From Paraphysomonas bandaiensis (taxonomy: Eukaryota > Protista > Chrysophyceae), in contig CBFFRP010000055.1 of NCBI GenBank assembly GCA_965644295.1, forward strand, positions 1 to 13,304: 13,304 bases of DNA. The letters run 5' to 3'. A program made the position numbers and the translations under genes. The notes under the pieces were generated by a model. That model was not told the DNA's origin, did not search any database, and saw nothing but the letters and a program-made list of their open reading frames with translations. Below, piece after piece: positions 1 to 8,584 of this stretch (positions are counted from its first letter, which is position 1; each line of letters begins with the position of its first letter).

Positions 1-224
1 ACAACTACAGCATTGGGCAGTCGGGGGGTTTACAGGCATATCATCATTTTGACTTATACAGAGACAATTTTGACGTTGCTGCCTGCATGCAGAATTAATT
101 GATTGCTAGGAAACTGTTTTCATTATGTAGTATGTATTAACACTAATTACGTGGAGTGATTTGAATTAGGAAACTAATGTAATAACTTGAAGTATATATG
201 ATACCAACTCGGTGGCGTTCTATT

Positions 225-719
225 CTACAAAATGAAAAATCTGCTATTTACAAATCCAGCTGAATTGTCAATCACGCGTAGACACTTAATGTTCATAAAA
301 TATTTCAAGAAAATATATGTTATTATGAATGTTTTGTTCTGCACGAAACTAATAAAATCACTACAAAAAAGTGATTGATCCAAAAAAGTGAGCTTGTGAT
401 ATCCTTGGGGTGATGATTTCAACATCAAAAACTCCGTTTCTGGAGATGGTGTCATGAGAAAATGATCCACTGGATTATACGTCACAGGAATCTCGAGATT
501 CTCCAAGGCCTCTTGAACCAACGGCAAAATATCGTCGTCAAACGTGAGGCGTGATGCACTGCCTAGAATCTGTCGTGTCACTGGTGTTGCATAGCTTGTC
601 TCAGATTGCTTTCCATGCGACTTGGACAAGTAATAAGATGGTGGCCCACCATCTTGTGAGATTTCAACTCGCCCACCAAAAGTAACATTTACTTTTATTG
701 ACTCGACTTCTTCATCCAT
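225..719 (-). CDS. Hypothetical protein, probably part of a spliced gene
   Basis: 164-aa ORF with protein-like composition in the first ~110 aa and no recognisable motif. A possible upstream exon 881-813 (MVPEQRKGKRKSPRLPEKQQSVQ) ends at a good donor CAG|GTACGA at 812, but its in-frame acceptor is ambiguous. The AT-rich 3' third may be intronic. Confidence 0.4.
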   Translation of the reverse strand: MDEEVESIKVNVTFGGRVEISQDGGPPSYYLSKSHGKQSETSYATPVTRQILGSASRLTFDDDILPLVQEALENLEIPVTYNPVDHFLMTPSPETEFLMLKSSPQGYHKLTFLDQSLFCSDFISFVQNKTFIITYIFLKYFMNIKCLRVIDNSAGFVNSRFFIL

Positions 720-1011
720 GCACTGGTCGACTGATTTCTTTCGTTTTTTGCTATTAGAGTCGTTTTTTGTGTGAATTGGTCATGAATATGAGAGATATGT
801 GTTATTTCGTACCTGGACAGATTGCTGCTTCTCTGGCAATCTAGGGCTCTTTCTCTTTCCTTTTCTCTGCTCTGGTACCATTACACTACTCAGGATAATG
901 CATTGGTGGCATTATTTTCCCATTGACTCCTATATGACACCTGTGGTAGCCTGTTAATGGAGTTATGTTGGGTCATTCTGAGTGTTGTGAGAAGAAAATC
1001 AAATCACTACT

Positions 1012-1027
1012 AAAAAAAAAAAAAAAA
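1012..1027. promoter_or_regulatory. Poly(dA:dT) tract (A16) in the divergent intergenic region
   Basis: The A16 run is seen directly, with further A runs nearby, between two head-to-head genes. A nucleosome-excluding promoter role is inferred from general eukaryotic knowledge. Confidence 0.35.
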
Positions 1028-1256
1028 GTGAACTGCAAAAAAACATCAGCGCTCCTTCGTTGAAAAAGACCATATATCACACACGTTCTTATTATTATTG
1101 CCACAAAAAATAAAAAGTACTGTACGATCGCAGATGGCAGGTGTCAAAAGTGGCTCAAGCTTGAACTGAACGCAAAAATAGCCCAAAACATACCCAATCT
1201 GTTAAACATAACGCCTGTACAGTAGGTAGTTTAAGCAAACTACATTAAGCAGGATA

Positions 1257-1960
1257 ATGGATAACTATCCATTGTTCAGTTATCTCTTCTCTTCCCCCTT
1301 GGTTCAAAGAAACGAAGAGCGTGGATATTCGGAAGTGGATTTCCTGGACTATCCCACAGAGCGAAGAGCTCTGAAGTCTATTATGGAAAAGAAAGCTGGT
1401 ATTCACATTCGTTGGAAAAGTGAAGTAGCCAATATAAATAATTTTCTGAATGCCTATTCCAACAGCAAGATATTGCACTTTACAGGCCACGGAGAAAACG
1501 GTTTCATTCGCTTTCAGTCATACTATTTTCACACTTCTTGATGTTGTAGGTGTGGTTGCATTTGAAAATGAGTATGGCGTATTAGATTTCGTATCTCAGG
1601 AACAGCTCTCGGAAATGTTGCGTGCGGGTCATATTCAGAAGCCAGAATGCGTGTTCCTGTCTGCCTGTTATGCACAGACTGTTGCTGACGCATTTGTGAA
1701 TGTTGGCGTCCAACATGTCATTACGGTAATTAATGACCGTATACTAGACAAGGTACGATGTACTCCCATAAGTTACCACATAATGTATATGCTTGTATTC
1801 AGGCCTCTTTGGACTTTACAGATTCATTTTATTCTGCGTTGCTCGGAGGCAAATCTGTTTCTGAATCTTTCAACTTAGGAATAGCTAGATTGGTGGCTCA
1901 ACACCCAACAGAAAGCGTGAAGTTTGAATTAAAAGGTCACGGAAATCACGACGAACCGAT
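1257..1960 (+). other. CHAT (caspase/separase-clan CD peptidase) domain
   Basis: ILHFTGHG (His codon 1488-1490), AFENEYG, VFLSAC (Cys codon 1666-1668), AFVNVGVQHVI and FTDSFYSALLGGKSVSESF follow the CHAT motif order with an intact His-Cys dyad. Boundaries are approximate. Confidence 0.85.
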
Positions 1961-3689
1961 ATTTCCTTTTACTGACCATTCCATTACCAATGCATTAATC
2001 GACATTACCCCTTCGTTACCTACTTCTCAGTGTCATTCCCCTGCAATGTTTTCTATTGGCCGCCAATGTGAAGTGCACCAAGTTAGTGCTGCACATTATC
2101 TATATGACATGTAACGTCTGTGTAGGTGTACAATCTTCTCATCAACGATATGAAACTGGTCAATATTACTGGTCAAAAGGGTATTGGAAAAACAGAAGTT
2201 GCACTTAGAGTTGCAGAATATTCTCGTGAAAGATACTCTTTCTCGCGGCTCTTATTTTTAGAGTTAAGCAATGCTGGGGACTGTTCCGAAATTGCTTGCC
2301 TTGAAAAACTTGTCGCATCGTTTTGCACAAATACGTCAGAATCAATATCGTCATTGATTTGTCGCAATGACATCGAAGCAGTCGTTGAATATATTCGTGG
2401 GTCCATTGCACAAGATGAAAAGGTCTTGTTATTAATGGATGGAATAGACGCGTGGATTAAAAAGAAAAGAGATTTTCTGCTCGCTTTAGTTTCTAGAATG
2501 CGGCAACGACTTGGGGAATCTGTTTGGATAGTCTTGACCTCCCAGAAAAATGTGAGTGCTATATGCTGCATGGTAACCAAATATTTAAGCCTAAGTATAC
2601 CAGATTGATATGGACGCATGTCGTGAAGTTGTAATCAATTCATTGAGTGACATTCACACTGCTAAGCTTTTTTGCATGCGTGCTCCAAGAAATCTTGACA
2701 GAGACGAGCTTACACTGGAGGTTGATTTGACAATTAATGGTTATTCCTTTCACTCACAAAATATTCACAGGCGAATGAATCTCATAGTGACCCTATCCAG
2801 GCATTTTCGAAGACAAAACTGTTGCATTCTATGAAGGTTTGAATCGATCGGTGTTATATTGCTAAATTTCTTGCAGGGAAATCCGAGGGTGGTTGAATTG
2901 GTAGCGAAGGAACTACAGTTTGATGGTCATGCTCAAAATATTCTACGGTACGAAACATATTTCAGGGAAGAAGTCATCCGAAACATTATGCATCAGGTCT
3001 TAGACTATGTATATAGTTATGGCTATATAACGGACATATCAGATTTTATGTGACCAGGATGTGCCTAGTTGGCAAGATGTATGTGTGAGGATACGTAATA
3101 CGTACCGAAGATATGTTGGAATAGAAACTTCGCGTGCACGCCCTTTGACTGTTACTGACTTTGAATTTTTTGCATCTTGTTCCGCATGGGGATCTGATCC
3201 GCAGTTAGTTCCGGCGTCCAACGGATATGCAATTCAGAATGGTGCATATGAGTCATTCATGACGTGGTTTGAAAGCGTTTCACTGTGCTTGAAACATAGC
3301 TGTTTGTGGAATCGACCTCATTGTATATTTGGGTTCATCAACAGGACGCAAGCAGCTAAAAAACTTCAAAATTGTGATATTGTATGTGTTATTCAGCTCT
3401 TGTTTTCGTTTATAACCTAAACTTATAGGGGACATTTCTAATTGGTGTATCTCAGTCGGAGCCCTGTTTGGTTATAAATGTTGTTACTTCAACTAAAAAA
3501 GTGTTGTCTGTGAAAGTTCAGTTTGATATCAATTCTCCGACACCATTTAGCTATCGTGTCAATCACGATAAGGTCAACAGTTTCATGACATTAGAGGACT
3601 TGCTGATTTCGAATCCACAGCTGCGATATTTTTTTCCTGCTATTGGTGAAGGGTTGATTGAAAAGTTGACATTACTTCCTCAGACATAG
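1257..3689 (+). CDS. CHAT protease - STAND (NB-ARC-like) NTPase - STAT-type SH2 protein; 9 exons, 684 aa
   Basis: Exons 1257-1500, 1550-1752, 1803-2081, 2126-2551, 2604-2720, 2771-2836, 2877-2996, 3043-3381, 3429-3689 (2055 nt). Eight GT-AG introns of 49, 50, 44, 52, 50, 40, 46 and 47 nt join the ORF-track fragments into one stop-free frame. Motifs are restored across junctions: HFTGHGENG/VVAFENEYG, GRQCEVHQ/VYNLL, LHSMK/GNPRVV, LQNCDI/GTFLI. Confidence 0.88.
2050..2910 (+). other. STAND/NB-ARC-like P-loop NTPase domain
   Basis: IGR..E pre-motif, Walker A LVNITGQKGIGKTEVA (G at 2171), Walker B LLLMDGID, sensor strand IVLTSQ, INSLS...AKLF and the GxP motif GNP. Boundaries are approximate. Confidence 0.85.
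3061..3689 (+). other. STAT-type linker plus SH2 domain
   Basis: W..V (start), RPLT..DFEFF, F..WF, LWN...IFGFINRTQAAKKL...GTFLIGVSQSE and F.TLEDLL match the STAT linker-SH2 pattern (RPL..D, F..WF, W..G.I.GFI.K/R..A..LL...GTFLLRFSES). Recognised by eye, no HMM run. Confidence 0.72.
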
Positions 3690-4016
3690 TGCAGAAACAC
3701 GGTATTGAAATTCGTTATAGTGGTTATAAGCCATTTAGATAGTAAAGTTTATGTGGTGCGTAACCATGGTGTTTAACTTCATCAGCTTTGTATTCAGTGA
3801 GAATTTCACGATATCCCAGAAGCAAGTATACTATTTAATTGAGAATCGATATTTCTCAGTTATGATATAGTTGTTACTATTATCTGTAAAGTATTCTTCA
3901 CGTTATGATTAATTTGTTTCTTATTTAACATAGAGAGTGGTAACTTTCGACGAATTAACATACATCAGTAGCTGAATTTACTTCCTTGTAACTATATTCC
4001 CTCTTGCATACTATGT

Positions 4017-4288
4017 ATATTAAACGTCTTTTTATTTAGCAGTAGGCGTTAGAAACCTGTACCAATATAGTGGTTAGTTGAATGCTTGTCATGCTAGCTA
4101 GACCTCTACCCATAACTAATCCGTACAAATTCCATTATCCTACTATTTAACGCTACAGAAGCTGCTTGTGCGTCGCCGCAAGCACCAAGGTGCAACCGCT
4201 TCCGTTCTAAATTTTGTTTGTGAGTTTCGCCCTGCTTGTGCGTCCTTTGACTCACTGGCGTGTGATGTCTGGGGGTCTTCCCTTAGGA
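4017..4288 (-). mobile_element. 3' end of unclassified repeat element, copy A (interrupted by the Copia)
   Basis: Inverted homolog of ~7165-7436. Core 4135-4208 matches the reverse complement of 7246-7319 at 73/74. The tail 4017-4134 is about 80% identical by manual alignment. Confidence 0.7.
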
Positions 4289-4293
4289 TACGG
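4289..4293. repeat. Left 5-bp target-site duplication (TACGG) of the Copia element
   Basis: TACGG immediately precedes TGTTGAG at 4294 and recurs at 8904-8908 immediately after CTTGACA. Confidence 0.9.
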
Positions 4294-4509
4294 TGTTGAG
4301 TTCTGCTATATGAGAGCAATTGAAAGCTGTAGTTATAAGGTATTTAAATTACTGTATTATACAGTTGTAGTCTTGTTAATCGTATTGTGAGAATGAATGA
4401 CGATAAGCATATAGCGGTAAAACGGAATATTGTGACGATGCAAGTTGTAGTGACGATGTAAGATCGTCGTACGAGAAATGAGTGGTAGTGGAGACAACAT
4501 GATATTGAT
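4294..4509 (+). repeat. 5' LTR, truncated at its 3' end
   Basis: 216 bp identical to 8585-8800 except one mismatch (A4478 vs T8769). The last 103 bp of the LTR are missing. Confidence 0.93.
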
Positions 4510-4529
4510 TAGGGTTAGGGTTAGGGTTA
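4509..4529 (+). repeat. Interstitial telomeric-type repeat (TTAGGG)3TTA at a deletion junction
   Basis: TTAGGGTTAGGGTTAGGGTTA lies exactly where LTR identity stops and the integrase-tail sequence (HVSIHVLFDES) starts. It is absent from the 3' LTR. Confidence 0.85.
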
Positions 4530-5832
4530 CATGTGTCAATACATGTGTTATTCGACGAGAGCATTCCCCCCAGAGAGAAGGAGTACTTCGAGGAGCTGGA
4601 GGCTGCGTTAGTTAAACATGATCCCCAGGCTCGACAGGTTGAAGAGTTCAACCATTTGATTGGATCTTACCATACCGATGAGGGTTTCCTGTTTAGGACT
4701 ACGAGAGTCGTGGTTCGGAAAGGTTTGATCGTGGCTTATAGAGCCTTAGTAACTGCTGGTAGAGAGCAGTTGGAGGAGAAGACTCCGATACATATAGCTG
4801 ATGTAGTGAAACTAACACAGTCGTATAATTTGCGCAGGTGGCACGAAAATTCTGCGACCCGTGACGATGGGGCAGGTGGTGAGGAGGAGCGATCGATGCC
4901 GGCTGGGGGTGGGACACCCAAACAGTCTACGGCAGATGACTCATCAGGGAGTGAGCAGACTCCATGTGCCTTACCCGAGAGAAGCGTGAGCACTTCGTCT
5001 AGAGAGACAAGTGTGTGTGTCCCTAGTAGTCAAACTGCTAACCCGCCGGCTGCTATAAGCAAGAGGGTACGAACCCAAAGAGTGATGACCAACGTGTCTA
5101 CTCTGGGTGAAATCAACTTCCTGTGTGGGGAAGATGCGTTAATATGTGTAAGGCAAGTGATGACTTTTTGATTACTGACCCGTCTGATTATAGGGAGCCT
5201 GAGTCGTACGAAGAGTCTCTTCAGTGTAGTGATGCAGACAAATGGAAGGAGGCGCGCAGATTAGAACGGAATGCACTTTTTCAGCGTGAAGTGTTTGAAG
5301 TAGTAGAAACTCCGCCTGATGCTCGACCTCTTAAATCTCGTTACGTATATAAGCGAAAGTACAATAAGGATGGCTCCATCAAGAAGCATAAAGCACGACT
5401 TGTAGCACTTGGGTACGGTCAACGATCTGGCGTAGATGTGGAGAACACATTTGCCCCTGTAGTCAAGAGTATCTCTGTTCGGTTGATTCTGGCGTTGGCT
5501 CTTGTGTTCAGTATGTTTGTGCATCAACTCGATGTATCCAGTGCGTTCTGTTATGCCGATACTGAAGGCGACGTTTACATGAATCCTACTCCAGATTTTC
5601 AACTTCCACCTGGACATTGTTTTAAATTGAAAAAATCTCTATATGGGCTCCGTAGTTCTCCACGATCATGGTGGAAAACCATAAACAAGTTCATCAAATC
5701 CTTGGGATTTCGACCGTGTGTGTTAGAACCTTGCTTGTATCATGCTGTATATAAAGGTCATAAAGTGTATCTCACCATATTATATGTGGATGACATCGTC
5801 ATCGCATGTGCTGACCTTAATATTATTACAGA
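4530..5832 (+). pseudogene. pol: Copia pol, 5' segment: integrase C-terminal tail/linker and first part of reverse transcriptase
   Basis: SIHVLFDE resembles the SRDVxFDE motif at the end of Copia integrase. RT motifs: EPESYEE..W, KARLVALGY.Q..GVD...TFAPV, HQLDVSSAF, LKKSLYGLRSSPRSW, EPCLY, YVDD. Frameshift near 5145-5149. Confidence 0.93.
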
Positions 5833-7436
5833 TTTTCTCTGCCCTACGATGGCAAATACAGTCCAACATAAAGTTTCACCCTATTAACCAGCTCCAAGCC
5901 CAATGTCTCTATTGAGACCGTGGCTGAGTCACATCAGTGTGCCCAGGGCCTTTTACACTCCCTTACTGCTGCATTTTGTTGACCACCACGCTTCCGACAA
6001 ATTACCTGTCACACCATGTTGTACACGCTCCAAGCCCCCCTGCCTGGCCTTGCAACCTTCACCCTACTCAACTACTTCAGTTAAACCACGTGCCTGCACC
6101 AATGCAGCGCTGACCGCACCTATGTGCTATCCCCTCAGCAGACAACTTCGTCTCACCCATCGCTTTCTACGGCTACAACCTCTCAGAACATGGCTCGGAC
6201 CCCCTATGCAATCACTGAATACTCTCGATCCCTCTCAACTGTGCAACAGGGCTGCCTTCTGCCGCCCACTCAACCCAACCCAACATGGTTTGTCTGTGGT
6301 CCATCCACCCAGCAGGCTACCCCCTCACCCTGTTCACCTATCACCCCCCAAAGCACATCCATCTCATTGGATAGACACTGTATTCCGCATACGGTATACT
6401 CGACTACTGTACTACTGTGTCCTACAGGATGTATACCATTCCGTGTATACCTCTACTGCTGTTGGACACATCACCATGTCCATGTACCTGTCTACCTGTA
6501 CTGTTGGACACATCACCAGCTCTCTCTCACTGTCCAACACACTCATATTATCACTGCACTGTCATACACACACACAGTACACTCTACCTCCTCCTAGAAA
6601 ACCCCCGGACAAACTATCTCCTCTCCCTTCGTCTCTGATACCTTGCCGTCATCTTCCTTACACACACTCTCTATGCCTCAGTCTGTACCCCCCTGCACTG
6701 ACACAGACACTAACAAGGGCAGCTGAGGACGTCCGAGTGTCTCCTCCAGACCATCATCATCATCACGATCATCTCGTGCATAGGTCTATCAGAGTACTCG
6801 ACCTCAGTGACTCTTGTTCTGTTGCGCAGTCTCACTCTCCTCAATCAGATGTTGCCTCTCTTGCACCATCACACTCCCTCTCGACTCCCTGTAGCTGGAC
6901 ACACCGGATGACCCTCACATCCCACCCCTGTACAGCTATACACCCTCTTGCATGTGTTCTCTACGCTTCTTCACAGTAGGCCATAACCTCTTGCAAGACC
7001 TTCATCCACATACCTCCGAGCCACTTGAAACAATGCCTAAAGGAAGGCCACCAGATCGCCAATCTCAGAAGGGCATATTACTGTTTCCCCTAACTGCCAT
7101 AAGGCTAATAAGTCAGTCCCCGTGAGGTACATAAGGCTATCTATCATATAGCGAGTGGAGTCTCATCCCAAGAGGAGACCTCCAGATCACACGCGCCGGT
7201 GAGTCCCAGGACACACGATCATGGCGAGCCTCATAACACACACTAAGAACGGAAGTGGTTGCACCTTGGTGCTTGCGGCGACGCACAAGCAGCTTCTGTA
7301 GCGTTAAATAGTAGGATAAAAGAGTTTGTATTGATTAGTTACGGGTAGTAGTCTAACTAGTATGACTAGCATTCTTCTAGCCACTAATTGGTGCAGGCTT
7401 TCAACGCCTATTGCTAAATAATCAGACATTCAATAT
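5833..7436 (+). mobile_element. Unclassified non-autonomous insertion, copy B (1.6 kb), nested in the Copia RT
   Basis: Flanked by the 13-bp direct repeat ATATTATTACAGA (5820-5832 and 7437-7449). Removing the insert and one repeat restores RT in frame: ADLNIITEIKARFCERFDMTDMG. C-rich plus strand, no terminal inverted repeats or LTRs seen, no recognisable enzyme domain. Strand inferred from the PPD-ending frame. Confidence 0.88.
6459..6518 (+). repeat. Internal tandem duplication with 42-bp period
   Basis: CTGTTGGACACATCACCA at 6459-6476 and 6501-6518. Confidence 0.8.
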
Positions 7437-7449
7437 ATATTATTACAGA

Positions 7450-8441
7450 AATAAAAGCTAGATTCTGCGAACGATTCGACATGACGGATATGGGAGCCGT
7501 TGAACATTTCCTCAATGTTCGTGTCACGCGAGGACAGGATTTCATTCAGCTGAATCAGCAGACATATGCGGAGAAAATTCTCCTCAAATTCACTGATTTC
7601 CTCGGTCCCTCATCAAAAATTCGAAAGTCGCCGCTACCCCTCGATGCAATGGACAGAATTAATCAAGTAGACAGTGATCTCACACCTGAGGAGAAAGAGG
7701 GATAGATAATTATCCTTATCGCAGCCTACTGGGTGCCATGTTATATCTATCTATGAATACTCGCCCTGATATTGCATATGCAGTTGTGGTTTGTTATCTA
7801 GATAATATGCATCTAAGCCTACCCGGGCTACATGTTATTTAATGACGTACCTATTGCAGTACGTTAGGGGTACAGTTCGAAAGGGCATTCGGTTCAGTAG
7901 TAAGCACTTCGACATGCACATCTTTACTGATGCAGACTGGGCTGGCGATGTGGTGTCACGCCGATCTACGACTGGATACATAGTATTTGCCGCCGGTGGA
8001 CCACTTATCTGGCAGTCCATTTTACAGGCTACCGTTTCAACGTCATCAATGCAAAGTGAGTATCAGGCTATGTATGCTGGCATGCAAGAACTGGTATGGC
8101 TTCGGGGGGTGTTGGACGAATTGGGACTTCGTCTACGCGAACCCACACCATTTTTCTTGGATAGCCAGAGTGCTCGTGACTTAGCATTGAATCCGGTGTT
8201 CCATAAGCGCTCAAAACACATCGAGATCAAATACCATTGGGTTAGGGAACACGTAGATCCAGATGGCCTCTTTAACACTGCCATAATGTACCACGTTGGA
8301 ACTGATGATCAGACAGCAGACATATTCACGAAATCGTTGTGTGGTGTAACTTTCGAGAAACACAGGAAGAGATGCTTTGGAGAGGATCGAAAATCATCTG
8401 TTGAGGTTATTAGAGAAAAGTCGTTCAAACGACGTAAGTGA
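7450..8441 (+). pseudogene. pol: Copia pol, 3' segment: RT C-terminus and RNase H
   Basis: FDMTDMG...FL, LNQQTY, YPYRSLLGAMLYLSMNTRPDIAYAV (read in a shifted frame), FTDADWAGD..SRRSTTGY, SSMQSEY, DSQSA..LA.NPVFHKRSKHIEIKYHWVRE, QTADIFTKSL. Lesions near 7700, 7786 and 7803. Confidence 0.95.
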
Positions 8442-8575
8442 TCAGTTGACTGTGCTGTGAGACTAGCTGAAATGTCGGAGTCATACGTCCACCTGTTTGT
8501 CCTGTTTGGTTTCGGTGGTTGCGTATCCGTCAGTTATGTCTTGTGATGTGAAGAGTCTATCTACAGCTTTGAATT

Positions 8576-8584
8576 GAGAGGGAG
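8576..8584 (+). other. Polypurine tract
   Basis: GAGAGGGAG directly abuts the TG of the 3' LTR. Confidence 0.85.

Noticed and set aside
1257-3689. Prokaryotic defence operon or frameshifted pseudogene made of several small ORFs
   Set aside because: Every frame change coincides with a 40-52 nt GT-AG intron, and splicing gives one stop-free protein.
4219-4256. Hammerhead or HDV-like ribozyme (GTGAGTC...GGCGAAACTCAC on the minus strand)
   Set aside because: No CUGANGA core or HDV P3/L3 elements, and the GAAA is not conserved in copy B (GAGC).
4357-4651. Minus-strand ORFs with TLTLTL / NPNPNPN repeats (and the related ORF at 8648-8884)
   Set aside because: Antisense translations of the LTR and the telomeric filler.
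5903-6979. 358-aa ORF as a bona fide host gene
   Set aside because: It lies wholly inside the TSD-flanked insertion, is Pro/Ser/Thr/His/Leu-rich as expected from a C-rich strand, and has no recognisable domain. Long overlapping frames are also open.
7098-7139. 10-bp direct repeat CATAAGGCTA around TCAGTCCCCGTGA, considered as a ribozyme or mini-insertion
   Set aside because: The helices needed for an HDV-like fold are too short, and there is no counterpart in copy A.
7195-7350. Conserved peptide LHLGACGDAQAASVALNSR read through the 74-bp core
   Set aside because: The frame has a stop in copy B, and the core is conserved even at synonymous positions, favouring nucleotide-level constraint. 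Some third-position changes in the flanks mean coding is not fully excluded.
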